A stretch of 60,100 nt of DNA from Geosiphon pyriformis uo1 (lineage: Eukaryota > Fungi > Glomeromycota): positions 41,714 to 101,813 of the forward strand of contig JAAOMT010000195.1 in assembly GCA_016748015.1 (NCBI GenBank). The letters are read 5' to 3'. Of the stretch, positions 1-13,963 are shown piece after piece (positions within the stretch are counted from its first letter, which is position 1; the number at the start of each line of letters is the position of its first letter). The translations under genes were made by a program, and so were the position numbers. A model generated the notes under the pieces. It ran no database searches. It saw only the letters and a program-made list of their open reading frames with translations, and was not told the DNA's origin.

Positions 1-1664
1 ATTGAGTTTGGCAGCACTCCTCAAAGCCGCACCCCACAAAGGTCGTCCTAGTGCGAACAGCTCTTCTAACTTTAATAGTTGTTCCGAGTCTGAGTTTGTT
101 TGGCTAAATAAATCAAACGTACCCATAAAATAAAATGGCGGGAAAAGTTTATTCTTATTTAAGTATAATCGGGCCGAGGGATCCAAAGATGCTAATGGCG
201 CAAAGTCAGCGAGGTTCGAAATGGTATCAGCGAATATGGCAAAAACGCCCGAAGGAAGACAACGTAAAGCTCGGCGAGTGTGGATAAACGCTTTACTTTG
301 TCCTAACGTCCCTAGTAAAGTCCGTGATTCATCAAACGCGAATACAAGTTTTGCCTTTTTGTTGACGATCTTCGATAAATGCGGTTCAACCTTTTTCCAA
401 ACTTCTGCAATTTTATTTGCACAAGATGTTTCATCCATCAGATTTAACTCAATTGAGCCTTCTTTCCAGGATGTCACTAAGCTATTAGCTTTGTTTATTA
501 TTTTTTTTTCAAATTCGGGATCTCGCTGTTGATTCTTCCAATCTTCAATGCTTTTTCCGTCAAGAAATTCTATACAACTACAGAAAAATGCCGCTATGTA
601 AACCATTTCATTTTCCTCCTGATAAAGAAAGAAATTACGAACAGTTGGTGTCGCGGGTGGAACTCCTGAACTAGAATTCGCACGAAAGCATAAGTATATA
701 ACAAAGCGGTCTTGAGCAAGCTGATGAAGAAGTCTAGACTTCCCAGTCCCAGATCCTTGGAAGAGAACACTGTATGGAGCATAATATATAAGATCCTGAG
801 CAGTTTCCCACTCGTGTGCACAGTCGTCAATATGTTTTTCAAAAAGCTGCAAGACACCGAGATCATCTTTGTATTTTTGCTCAAATGCCTCCACCATTGA
901 TCCTAAATTTCATGCATTATAGTTAGAAATGAGAAAGGATAGTTAAAATATTAATTAGATTCAGTTACAAAAGAAGAAAGGTACTCACTTTTCAGAGATT
1001 CTGAGGTAGAGGAGATGAAATCACTGCCAGTTTCTAGAAAGAATTATAACTTAGTATTTATACTAGATGAAACTTAATACTAAAAAGGATCACTTCAAAC
1101 TCAAAACACATGTTAATAAAAATAGATTGAACAAATAACCTACCAGTGGAAGACTTAGCTATAAGAAACAAATAAAGCACATCGGCGACAAGAAAAGGGA
1201 AGGAAGAAAGCAATAGTTAATTAACATCATAAGAGNNNNNNNNNNNNNNNNNNNNNNNNNNNNNNNNNNNNNNNNNNNNNNNNNNNNNNNNNNNNNNNNN
1301 NNNNNNNNNNNNNNNNNNNNNNNNNNNNNNNNNNNNNNNNNNNNNNNNNNNNNNNNNNNNNNNNNNNNNNNNNNNNNNNNNNNNNNNNNNCTTGCATATC
1401 TTCTATCCACCAATGCTTTTCGTTTTCGTTCTTGTACTTCTCCTGTCTCAAATTCTTCTTCAATTCACGTAACTCATCTTCCTTTTCACGTAACTCATCT
1501 TCCTTTTCACGTAACTCATCTTCCTTCTCACCCTCCATAAACTTTTCTAGCTTCTCCTCCTTTTCCTTCAGCTTCTCCTCCTTTTCCTTCAGCTTCTCCT
1601 CGCATTTATCATACTCAGTCTCAGCTTTCTTCAATGCTTGTTTAATATCTTCAACGCTCGTCAT
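1..1664 (-). CDS. Spliced host gene, 3'-partial: N-terminal coiled coil plus P-loop NTPase of the Crinkler-associated (GRPLW-motif) type. Exons: 1664-(gap), 1158-1144, 1033-989, 902-<1
   Basis: Manual minus-strand translation of 902..1 is open (missed by the ORF track because no stop lies in the window): Walker A APYSVLFQGSGTGKSRL (~730-780), YLCFRANSSSGVPP, Walker B LVFAFDESR (~325-350), DTISNLADFAPLASLDPSAR, LFPPF, ALGRPLW. GT-AG introns 988-903 and 1143-1034 are phase-compatible. Exon 1 is ORF 1227..1664 (E/K coiled coil); its link across the N gap is inferred. Confidence 0.8.
1236..1390. other. Assembly gap (others at 41249-41268, 41659-41678, 42184-42203, 43548-43567, 45570-46048)
   Basis: N runs. 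Confidence 1.
1464..1601 (-). repeat. Coding 21-nt tandem repeats (heptads ELREKED x3, EEKLKEK x2.5)
   Basis: ttcacgtaactcatcttcctt x3 (1464-1526) and cttctcctccttttccttcag x2+ (1551-1601). Confidence 0.9.
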
Positions 1665-1839
1665 GCTGTTTTGCGTGTTTGTTATGGTTTGGGAAGATAT
1701 GGCCTAATATATGTTTGGTTCGTGTCAATGACGTTTCAGATCTTTGATTTATCAGTATAAATTTAACAAACCCCGTTATTGTTAAATTATAACAATAATC
1801 AGAGTTTTTAACCCCTGCAGTACGCCTACATCATATAAT

Positions 1840-2750
1840 TGTTATTTAATAATTATTGTATTGTGCAATATTAAATAAAATTCGTTTTATTATTTTAAAA
1901 TAAAAATAATTGTAAGTTTTAAAAATTAGAATTAATACTATTAAAATTGAATATATTTTTGTTATTATTTTATATATATATGTAACTTTAAAACTTATTA
2001 AATAAAAGTTTATTTATTTTAAATTATAAATAAAACAAATTTAATAATGTTATTTTTATGTATTAATTAAATATAAATTAATTAAAACTTAAAATACGTA
2101 ACAAAAATATTACTACATATTTTTTATATGTAACCAGTAATTTAAACTTATATTAAACTATATAAATTAAAAAAATTATTTGGTTTTATTTTATTTATTT
2201 ATTTAATAACTTTTTTTATTTTAAACATTATATATTTAAGTTTTAAAAACTTTATTGCTTTAAGATTTAAATAATTAAATCTAAAAGTTTTTATTAAAAA
2301 AATTTTATTTTAAATATTAATTTGTTAATAATTGTAAAAAATTATTTTTTATAATAAATAATTTTAAAAGACTATGATTTTTTTAAAATTTTAAAAAATT
2401 ATTAAATTTATATTTATTATTAAAAAAAATTTGCAAAAAGTTATTAATTAAAAATAAAAAATTTAAATAAACAATAATTTTAAAAAACAAAAAATATATT
2501 TAAATTAAGTTATAATTTTTAAAAAAAATTTTATAAATATTTTTAAAAAAGTATTTATTTTGGTTTTAAAATTTTTTTTTAATTAATAAAAATTTTATAT
2601 ATATAGTTAAAACTAATAAAAATTAGACAGTATAATAACAAAAAAATAAATTTAAAACTGTATTATTTATGTATATTATTGTTTATAATTTTAAAAATTC
2701 TTTAAATAAATCTAAAAAAATTTATATTATAAATTATATATATTATTATT
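1840..2750. other. Extremely AT-rich low-complexity tract (similar tracts at 9560-10160 and 59540-60100)
   Basis: Almost no G/C and no credible ORFs; flanks the LINEs. Confidence 0.8.
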
Positions 2751-2989
2751 TTTATTTTTTTTATTACAAGTTTTATGAATAAAATCCAACTGTTATCTAG
2801 TACATAAAACCAAACTAAATAGAACCAACTAAATGCAGCTCACATACAGACTATATATAGCTAGTCACTTGGGCCAGACAAAACAATACTACACACTTAT
2901 ACTAACAAAAGCATCACCATCCAAACCAGAAAAAAAATGACACAATTTCCGTTTACCAAACCTAATAGCAAAAAATTCTATAACACTAA

Positions 2990-5900
2990 GCATACAGACA
3001 ACACTAGCCGACAACATAGAAACTATATTATAAAACAAGTCAAAAACCATACTATTATCCCCAATTAAGCCAGCTTTTTCTATATCTACTTTATACTTGG
3101 CCTTAACAGTCTATACCTTAATGTGATGCAACTCCACCACAAATCTAATATATTTCATAAGGGCTAAAGCAGCTTTTTTTTTCTCTCAAAAACCAAAACA
3201 GCTTCAGTATATCAATCTCTCATTATAAAACTCTTGTAAACTACTGTATAAAGACTCATATTTGAAAAACATAACAAAAGTGAATGCAAAATAACAGATG
3301 TAAATAAACTCAAAAGATCAAACATTGACATCTATTTATTAGCAGCTTCAATCAAAATGTCCCCACAAAGACCAAAGTCATTAGAACAAGTAAAAACATA
3401 ATCAGACACTTCTACTTTGCTATACAGCAAATACAACACTCCAGGATAACTTCTATTATACAACCTCTTCCTAACTACAACTGACAGCCACCTATAAACA
3501 GTTTTTATCAAATAAGTATACAAATTGGCTAATTTCCTACTGGTAAATTCACAAAGCATGTATGAATCAGAGTGCCAATTTATTATAGTAGTCTTCTAAT
3601 TTATTTCCTTAATTATAACATCTGAAATTATATCAAAACCTGGACCAGTCTCCCAATGGGCATGGCATATCAATTGGTGTAAGTCTTGAACAAAATGACA
3701 AGCATTACCAGATATGGCAATTCTCTCAATGATTAGAAATCTTTCCCGAATTTTAACCAGCAAAAAAAAAAATGAGAAAGTGGTCTTATTAGCCAATATG
3801 TCAGTCTTAATGTTGCCTGATATCTTTAAATGTCTTTTAACCTTTATCCACTTAATTAAAATATTTTTATCTTTGAGAAGATTGATTATCTGCAATTTTT
3901 TGATCTAATATTGATTATGGAAGTTGGGCGTAGTAAAAAAAGCCTTGAAAATGCAGGCATCAATTGCAAATTGACTATCTGAGTACAAAACCACAAAGCA
4001 TGAAAATGGAACACATTTCAAAGCCAATGTTACAGCTTGCAATTTAGTTAAAGTAGAAAACAAAAGCCCAGCCATCTTAATTTTAATACTCATATTTACA
4101 GCCAAAAAGTATGTAGCCATTCCACTCACTATCTTAACAGAACCAGCACATCTTAAAAACCCATCTGTATAAACTTTAATGCAATTAGACCACACTTTTA
4201 GTAAACTATTACAAACATTAGAAAACTTATTAAAATTCAAAACACTCAACATATTTTCTCTAGTAGTAATAATAGCTCTAACCTTCAAAGAAACAGATTT
4301 GTTCATAAAATCAGACATCAATAAAAACCAGTAAGGCACAGGGCCCCTTGGGTTCAACTGCTTTCAACACCAAAATGTTTTCCAGTTTAACACCTTTTTT
4401 TTCTTGTTAAAAATTCTGTCACCAAATGCAATACCAAATTGCTTTAATAAAAAAACAGAATTGTAATACAAGAACTGACCCAGGATGTTAGACATCAGAA
4501 AATTATCAGACTTACAAAAAGCACAAGACAGATTGTTTGCCAATGACAATTCATTCTCCAAAAAAATTTTCACCACCACTGTTAAAAAATTGTTCACAGG
4601 ACTAACATGCAACCTAACAAAAAATTGTAAAAGATTTAGAAAAGACCATTCCAAAACTTGCAAATCCAAAAATTTATGATCAAATAAACATTCAAGAATG
4701 CCATAGCCATTAGAAAATAAAATCAGTGACACTAGCTTTCCTTCAAACTATACTTGCTTAAAAGATTTCAAACTATATAAAGAAGAATGGTACAAGACTT
4801 TACTAGAAAAGTCACGTGGTAAACCAGTTTTGGCTCTAAGACTCTTTCTAATTATGATATCTCACTTATAACACACATCTAAAAAAATAAAACTAAACTG
4901 CATACAATAACTAATTATGAGTTGCAAAACTGCCAAAACCAAATAACAGAATAGTTTGTCTATAATAGCTTTTCTTAACACTATATTAGAAAAAAACCTG
5001 ACATTCACATGAGCTTGAACCAAACTGGGCTTAAAAAGACCCTCAGTTAACAGAAAAATACCCAAATATTGGTGTAATTTACCCTTTTTAATAATTGTAA
5101 TTGGTAATTTATTGATCAATAGCAAAGCATTTTTAATTCCTTAATTGATGGGAATAGTTACCATCTTATCATTATTAATTGAGATGTTATTGATTTCAAA
5201 AAACTTACTTGCAATGTTCAAAATATATTGTGTAAATGCCTAAAAACTTTTGACCCAAATTGTATCATCAATAAAGACACCAGCAGCCAAAAAAAAAGTC
5301 TTTTCTTTACTTGTCTCAATCTTGTCAGACTTTACCATAAACCTAAAATCAATTTTGTACTTACATAAGTGCTTATGTCTTTTTACTTTGCACAAAAGTG
5401 GATCATAAAAGATCCTCCAAAGTAGTAGAGAAAAAACCTCTTTCTGATCCAACTTATCATATATCCTATAGTCTTCCAAGAGCCCAAAGTTTATCATTAC
5501 TCTGTTGACCCAATCTTTATGAATGTTACCAAAAAATTGGATAAAACATTCACACATTTTAATGTGATACAAGCTTGCTCACAAATGATGCCAGCCTATT
5601 GAATCATAAGCTTTATACATATCTTGCAGTACCAACCAAAGCTCTCTATTTTTCTTCAGAACATTCTCAACAACTGATCTAATTAGAAACTGGGTCAAAA
5701 TATTCTTTAACACCAAAAAATTGTCACCACAAAAAACATTAAACCTGCTACAAGCCAAAGATATCTGATCAAATAGAATCTTAGATAGTATTTTACATGT
5801 TGTATTGACTAATGCAATAAGTTTAGTATTTGTCAGAACACCATTTTACTTGTAAGGTTTTGAGATCATTAAAACTCATGCTCTTTTTTAGGAACCAAGA

Positions 5901-7551
5901 ACTGCACTTAGACTTAAACACAAATTCAACAGTCTCAACAAACAAACTAAAACCTCCTCACCACAATGCTTCCAAAGTTTATTAAGTATCTTTAACAACC
6001 CAGCTGCTTTATCATTTAGCAAATTATCAACAACCAAAGACAATTTTTCCAAACCAATTTCATTCATAACATCAGAGAAAGCATTATCATTTACATAATT
6101 TAGAGACATATATTGTTGAGACCAAAAGTCTGGCATTTTTGGAAAAACTGATTACTTCCTTGTTTATCTTTTCATAATTTCATCAACCTTGAGCTTTACT
6201 TTATTAGACTCAACCACCAGCTTATTATCTACTACCAAGTGATTCAAAACTACCTTGTAAAATAGACGTTTCAGAATGCTTTTTATTATCTGTTCTTTGT
6301 CAAAACAGAAGTTTTTCATATGATGGTCAATTGCCTTTCTAATAGCTATATTCTTAGCAATCTTAAATTCACAATACTTAGACCTCTAATACTTTTTTCT
6401 TATTATCAACAAATGTTTAATCAAATCCATTAAACTTACACTGTTCAAAACTATGTTATCAACTTTGGAAGCTTCAATTCCATCAATAGCCAACTAAATC
6501 TTAATAAAGTAGTTGAAATTCAATAGATCACCAGAATTTCAACATTTCACAATTTTTATAACAAGCAGTTCTAATTTAAAGAATTTTGAAAATTGTTTAT
6601 TCCTCAAACAGTTATATTCACTATATCAAATCTTAGAAAAAACTACATTGACAGCTTGTATTACAGCTTTCTTCAGTATTTTTCATATTGTATTTAGGTT
6701 ACTATTGTCTCTTGCCTCCTTAAACATATTTGACTTAATCAACAATTCAACAAAAGAATAGTCTTTAAAGCTCAATCATTGAATATTATCCACATTCTCT
6801 AATTTGAACTTCCACCAGTTTTGGTTGGCTTGTTGATAAATGCTGATAAGATAGGCATCCAATAGTCCAACCAAACCAATTGAAACTAAAACTGACTTAT
6901 GATTTGTATTAAAAAACTCAGACACATTATTGACTTTATGTGATGCAATTGCAGATGCCAAATTTCTACTTACTAGAATAAAATTAATTACTTTTTCAAC
7001 ATCTCTAGAATTGCTTTAGGTGAAAGCTTTGGCCAGTAAGTATTCATTAAAAGTGTTAACTAGGCCTAAACCTAAACAAAACTTGAAACTTGTACTTTTC
7101 TTAAATTTATTCTTATTAAAATCACCACTCAAAATCACAAAAAAGCTGGAATTGACTGTCTTAAAAACCATAGAATTGATATCAGCAGCTTGACCAAAAT
7201 ATGTGCCAATAGATACACCAGTATACAGACCCAAGATTATAATTAAAAGCTTGTTTTTGAACAGAAAGCGCACAGAAATTAAATAACCAGAAATCTCATT
7301 CACTTTTAATACATACCAAACCAAAAAATTATCCATAATTATAGCAACTCCAGCACCATAAAACCCAACATTTAATTCAGTAGTAAAAACCCAAGTTCCA
7401 TCAAACTTATTCATAATCTCAATTTTGTCTTAGTAACAATAGAAATCATGCTATCCAAATCTTTATATCAATGAACAATATTTTCTTGTTTAGCTAAATT
7501 TGTTATACCCCTAATATTACATGTAGTCACTTTTCAAATGAGCTCATTTAT
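2990..7551 (-). pseudogene. LINE-a ORF2 (APE endonuclease, reverse transcriptase, RNase H, C-terminal Zn finger), many stops and frameshifts
   Basis: TCNIRG...TKTKL, ILSGDFN, NTNHKSV (APE); KAAG, QDMYKAYDS, QKEVFSLLLW, FIDDT, YLGIFL (RT); VYTDG, TKLQAV, LYSDSQ, KVKRHLKISGN..TD (RNase H); YSKVEVSDYVFTC. Confidence 0.85.
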
Positions 7552-9431
7552 TAATACAAAAAATACATCAAAAAACCCAGATTTATGCACAACAGATCTA
7601 AATTCCCTAAAATTAAGCTAATAGAAACTTTAAGAGCCACTATCTTAGATTCCAAACCACCAACTTTGGAAGTGAGGACCTTCAAACTACTTAGACCCAA
7701 ATCTACAACCTTTTTTTCTATTACTGGAGAAAAAAGAAGAAAGGATGGTTATGAAACATTCAGAATTATATCAGCATCAGATGTCAACAACATAGAATCA
7801 GGAACAATTGGAGACATAATCTGAGTAACAGACACTAGGGGCACCAGTTTTATACTATTTAATTTGTGCACAATATCAGACACTTGATCAGCCAGCAATT
7901 CTAAGGAATGTTCTAGCAAAGTTAGGCAATTGATGATTAAAAAGCCATTTTAAACAACCAGTGTACTTTTTTTAATATTTAAAGAACCAGAAGAAAAAAA
8001 ACCAGACCCAAAGCCAGAATTGAAATAAAAATCACTAAAAAAAAAAGCAAGTGACACTACCTGTATCCAAGACTTGCCACCAAAGACAGCAGATCTAAAA
8101 ATAGGAACACTTTTCTTTGCATACAACTTCACTAGCTGAAGACAACATTCCTCTAAAAAGATTTTTATAACAGATTTTAAAAACTTGGAGGTGGACATAG
8201 TTGATATGTTACATTCCAAAACAAAATGACCAAAGCACTCACACTTTTTACAATAAACCAAACCCAATCTAGCCGAAGGATGTTTAACATCACTAAATAT
8301 TGGCTCAGTGCAATATGCAGATTCCAATTCCTTTTCAGATTTGAAACCAATTACAGCATAGCAAATCCAGTTGCCAGTATTAAATAAGCAATTAATAATA
8401 CATGTTTCTCACCAGTTTCATTCAATAGAGTGCCCAAATCATAAGCAGTCATTTCTATGGGCAAAGTAAATAACAGAGCTCTGAACTAATTCCTTGATGC
8501 CCAGATATCATGGTCACTCATAACCATAGCCACACACACTAAATTTTTTTCAATCAAAAAGGACCATTTAGCAGCCAACTATTTAGCTTGATCTAATTTA
8601 GCAAATTCTACTACAGCTTTTTGCCACAAACCAATAAATTGAATTTTGATTGACTTAATTTTCCCAAATTCAGTTACTGCAGTAACAATTATATTCTTTA
8701 GTGTATCCATGGGAATTTTTTTTATGACCACAGTCTGATCTGAACACATTTTTTGTTTTTTGAGATCAGTGTTTACAACAATTTCTTTTTTTCTGGCCAA
8801 TAATGCAGCTTTTTCTATGCTGCTCTCTAAGGTGAAAATAGATCTGATGATTTTTTCAAATTTTGAGAGGATAGTGGCCTCTTCAAAACCATTGATTGAT
8901 AAAAAATTTTTTCTGACAAACTAAGTTTTTGCTGTTACTGATTTCCTTTCCATAGTTAAAAGATTAATATCTAAAGCAAAAAAATTTTTAATAGGCACTT
9001 TGACCTAAGTTTTCACTATTTTGGAATCAACCCACTTTCTGTCAAGAGAGATATTGAAAGGAAAGAGGCGATAAACCATATTATTATCTATTCCAAAGTC
9101 AATAGTACTAATAGGAGAACTACCAATCAAATTATTACAGACTCTCTTAGCTTTGGGAGTTGTTGCAGCTAAACTGATAAAAAAAACCACTACTTGAATC
9201 CATCACAGCACTACCAAGCTTATTGTCACTCAACTCATTGTCCATATCCAAATACATGCTATTACTAACATCAGATTTGGTTAGAAAAATTTTTTTTCAT
9301 CACCAGAGTGTTTAATATTGCCCACAAAAACCTTTTTTTTTAAGAAAAAATACCATCAACAAAACTATAAAAGGCACTTTTTAGAGCTTTTTTTTAGACA
9401 TACTGCTACTTAAAGCAGTCTCCAGATTTAT
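7547..9431 (-). pseudogene. LINE-a ORF1 (nucleic-acid-binding protein), disrupted
   Basis: VVIKKIPMDT...EFGKIKSIKIQFIGLWQKAVVEFA (RRM-like, 8579-8800); CKKCECFGHFVLEC = CX2CX4HX4C (7950-8327); coiled-coil tail. Confidence 0.8.
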
Positions 9432-10159
9432 CACAAAAGAGTTATTAGCTTGAAAAATGTTGAAGATAATAAAACAAGCAAGATAAAAAACAAAAACTTC
9501 TTTTTCAAAAAATTGCTCTTTGAAGAATTTGGATAAAGAAAAGAAAGAAGTTTTTTATTATTATTATTAATAAAATATAAAATATAATTATTTATTTTAA
9601 AAATAAAAAAATTTTCAATCAAATTTATTATATTATTTGTGTTTTTAATAAAAATTAATTTTTAATGAATTAAATTTTATTTAATTTAATATAAAACTTA
9701 TAAATATTTTAAATATTTTAAATTCAAATATAATTTTTTTATAAAATTTTTGGTTATAATATATTTAATTTAATTTATTTTTTTATTAATAATTTTTAAA
9801 TAAATTTTTAAAAATATATTATTAAGTTTTTGTCTAATTAAATCTTATTAATATTTTAAGCTAGATATTATATTTTTATTTGCTGTTTTTTTTCAGTTTA
9901 CAGCTTTTTTTAATGTTAATTTTTAATTTTAATATGATTTTAGACAATATTTTTAAGAAAACTATTAATATATTGTTTATAAACTTTAGTATTTCTGTTT
10001 TTATAATATTTAAATTAAAATATTTTAAAGCTAAATTGACTAAACTTTCAGATTTTTAATATTGTGTTATTAAAACTTAATAAAATATTCTTAAAAATAA
10101 GTTATAAATACTTTTTTTTTAATAATTAATTTAATTTAAAAAATTATTATATGCAATAT

Positions 10160-13100
10160 TTTTTTTATTAAGCAATTAATAAGTAAAGTCCAACTGCTAT
10201 CTAGTACATAGAACCAAACTAAGTGAAACACACTAAATGCAGCTTATACATTTACTATATGTGACCAGCCATTTGGACCAAACAAAGCAACACTATGCAT
10301 CTATGCTAATAAAAGCATCACCACCTAAACCAAAAAAAAACAGCACAATCTGCACCTACCAAAACTAACAGCAAAAGATTTTAAAACATCAAGTAAATAA
10401 ACCATCCCATCTAATAACATAGACACCACACAATAAGACAGGCCTGAAATCATGCCACCATCCTTAACCAAACCAGCCTTCTCTAGATCCACCTTGTACT
10501 TGGACTTAACAAATCATATCTTAGCATAAAACAATTCAACCACAAATCTAACATATTTAACAATAGTTAAAGCAGTCTTTCTTTCCTCTTCAAAAACTAA
10601 TGCAGTCTTACTGTCCAATCTATTTCTCCAATCATGGCACCCAAAACAATATTAAAACCAGGGCTGGTTTTCTAATGAGCATGACAAATTGATTGATACA
10701 GATCATAAACAAAATAATAAGCATTGCTTAATACAGCAGTGTTTTTAGCAACCAAAAACTGTCTTTGAATCCCAACTGGCAAAAAATTTGAAGAGAAAGC
10801 AGCCTTTTCTGGCAACTTATCAGCCCTAACATTGCTCAGGATTCTTGAATGCACTTTAATTTTCATTTATTTAACAGAAATGTTTTTATTTCTAATGAGA
10901 TTAATAATATGCACTCTTTCAATTCAGCATTGATTATAGAAGTCAGGCATTGCCATTGAGGTCTCCAACATGCAAGCATCAATCACAAATTGGCTGTTAG
11001 AATACAAGATTACAGAACAAGAAAAAAGAATACATTCCAAGACCAAAGCAATGGCTTGTAATTCAGCCAAAGTGGAAGACAAAAGTTCAAAGACTCTAAT
11101 CCCAATATCTATGTCTGTAGCTGGAAAATAGACAGCTGCACCACTTGCCATCTCAACCAAACCAGCATTTTTTAAGGACCCATTTGTGTAGACCTCAATA
11201 CAATTCGACCAAATCTTCAAAAAACTACCATTAACATTAGCAAAAACCTTAGAATTCAAAACATTTAGCACCATTAACTTATGAGTTTTGGTGAAAACAA
11301 CCTTTAAAGAAGCATGTTTGCTCATAAATTCAGCCACCAAAATAAATCAGTAGGGAACAGAGCCTTTCAGATCTAATTTTTTCCACCAACAAAACGTTTT
11401 CCAGTCCATTAATTTCCCTCTTTTGTCCAGAAATCTATTACCAAAAGCAATACCAAATTGCTTCAAAGAGAGAACAGAATCATAGTATAAGGAATGTTCT
11501 AGGACACCAGACATTGGAAACCTGTCAGACTCCTAAAAAGTACTGGGCAAATTGTTTGTCAAAGATATCTCATTTTTTAAAAAGATTCTTATTACACCAG
11601 CTAGAAAATTATTCACTAGGCTAATTTTTAACTTGACAGGATACTGCAAAAGTTTCAAAGGAGACCACCCCAAAATCTGTAAATCCAAAAACCTATGTTC
11701 AAATAAATATCCAAAAATGTCACAGGTATTGGAAAAAAAACCAGCATAATCAACTTTCCTTCAGATTATATTTGCTCAAAAAGTTTTAAATCATACAAAA
11801 AAGAGTGATATAAAACTTCATTTGGAAAATCACGTGGCAAACCAGTCTTAGATCTGAGACCTTTTTTGACCATAATATTTTATTTGTGATACACACTTAA
11901 TGAAACATAACTAAACTGCATTTGATAACCAACTATAGATTAAAGAACAGCCAAGACCAAATAAGAGAATTGTTTATCTGTAATAGCTTTTTTAAGCACC
12001 ACATTTAAAAAGAACCTAACATTCACATGAGCTTGGGCTATACTAGGCTTAAAGAAACCTTCTGTAAACAAAAAAATACTCAAGTACCTGTGTGATTCAC
12101 TCTGTTTAACAATTGAAATTAACAAACCATTAATTAAAAGTAAGGCAATCTTGACACCTTGATTGATAGAAATAGCCACTGTCTTATTATTATTAATAGA
12201 AATATTATTAACAACAAAGAACCTGCTAACAATATCCAAAATGTTCTGTATAGAAGTCTGACAGCTCTCAGTCTAAATTGTGTTATCAACAAAGGCACTA
12301 GCAGCCAAAAAAAAAGTTCTCTCTCCAACAGCTTCAACTCAGCCAGTTTTTGCCACAAACTTTGTATCAATATGGTAGTCACACAAGTGTTTATGTTTCT
12401 TAACTTTGCATAAAAGTGGATCATAAAATATCTGCCAAAGAAGTGGAAAGAAAACCTCACTTTAATTCAAACTATTATGTACTCTGTAATCATTCAAGAG
12501 GCCAAAATCTATCATTACCCTATTGATATGATTTCCATGAATGCTGCCAAAAAACTTGATAAACTGACTGCATATCTTAATGTGATACAAACTAGTTCTC
12601 AAATGATGCCAGTTAACAGAGTCATAAGTCTTGTGTATATCTTGCAATACTAACCAAAGTTTTTTATTCTTTTTCAAAGCATTTTCAACAACTAAACCAA
12701 TAGCAAAAATTGAAGACTAAATCAAAGTAGTTTTTAAAACTGAAGAATTGTTTCCACAAAAAACATTAAATCTGTTCCATGCTGAAGATATCCAATCAGA
12801 AAGAATCTTGGACAAAATTTTCTGAACAGTCTCAATCAGAGCAATAAGCCTAGTATTGGTCAAGACATTATTCTATTTATAGGGTTTTGGGATCATTGAA
12901 ACTCATACTCTCTTCCAAGGAATTGGAACAGCACTTAAAGTCAAGCACAAATTCAACAGCTTTAAGAGACAAGCCAACACTTCACTACTACAGTGCTTCC
13001 AAAGTTCATTAGGTATTTCCAATAAACTGACAGCCTTATTGTTTGGCAAATCACTAACAACCAAAAAGAGCTCTTTTATATTAATTTCTTTTATTACACC

Positions 13101-13963
13101 AAAAAAAACATCATTGCATATATGATCCAGAGGCATATATTGATAAGACCAAAAGTCAGGCATCTTTGGAAGAACTGTCTGCTTTTTTGTCTACCCTTCT
13201 ATGATTTCATCTACCTTAAGTTTCACTTTATCAGATTCAACTACCAACTTATCTTCAACTACTAAGTGATCCAAAACAACCTTGTGAAATAGATATTCAA
13301 GAATATTCTTAATTATCTGTTCCTTGTCTGTGCAAAAGTTTTTTATGTGTTGCTTAATTGCCTTTCTAATAGCTGCATCCTCAAACATCTTTGATTCAAG
13401 ATACTTAGACTTTTAATATCTTTTCTTGACTGTTGACAAATGTTTGACTAGATCCATTAAACTTACACCAACCAGAACTATGTCAACTATCTTAGATAAC
13501 TCAATCTTATCAATAACTGACCAGACTCCAATGAGATAATCAAACTTTTAAAGATCTTCAGAACTTCAAACTTTCACAATTTTTGCAACAAGCAGCTCCA
13601 ATTTGAAAAACTTTGAAAATTGTTTGTTTTTTGAGCAATTATATTCACTGTACTAATGTCTAGAAAACACCACATCAGCAGCCTGTACTAAGACATCTTT
13701 TAGCACTAATCATATAGTGTCCAAATTACTATCATTTTTTGCATTCTTAAACATGTTTAATCTCGCCAACAACTCAACAGAAGTTTACTTCTTAAAACAC
13801 AACCAATGGGTTTTATCTACATGTTCTATCTTGAACTTCTACCAGTTCTGATTGGCCTGTTTGCAAGCACTGTTAAAATAAGCATTCAAGAGTCTTTTCA
13901 AACCAACTACAACTAAAATTGCTTTATGATCTGTATCAAAAAATTTTAACACATTATTGACAT
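10160..13963 (-). pseudogene. LINE-b ORF2 3' part (end of APE, RT, RNase H; Zn-finger region deleted near 10620)
   Basis: QDIHKTYDS (12462-12677), YLSIFL, IEVYTNGSL...STLAELQAIAL...LYSNSQ (10924-11340), KVHSRILSNVRAD. Confidence 0.85.

Larger units (their letters stand above)
2750..9556 (-). mobile_element. LINE-a: full-length degenerate non-LTR retrotransposon (ORF1 RRM-like+CCHC; ORF2 APE-RT-RNase H-Zn finger)
   Basis: Ordered domain fragments on the minus strand; A-rich 3' tail near 2745-2765; both ends align by eye with LINE-b ends (2784 vs 10186; 9421-9556 vs 59401-59539). Confidence 0.9.

Noticed and set aside
221-900. ORF-track entries 221..532+, 712..900+ and 594..884-
   Set aside because: Antisense or off-frame shadows of the NTPase exon.
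2740-2770. LINE target-site duplications
   Set aside because: Flanks are too low-complexity to call.
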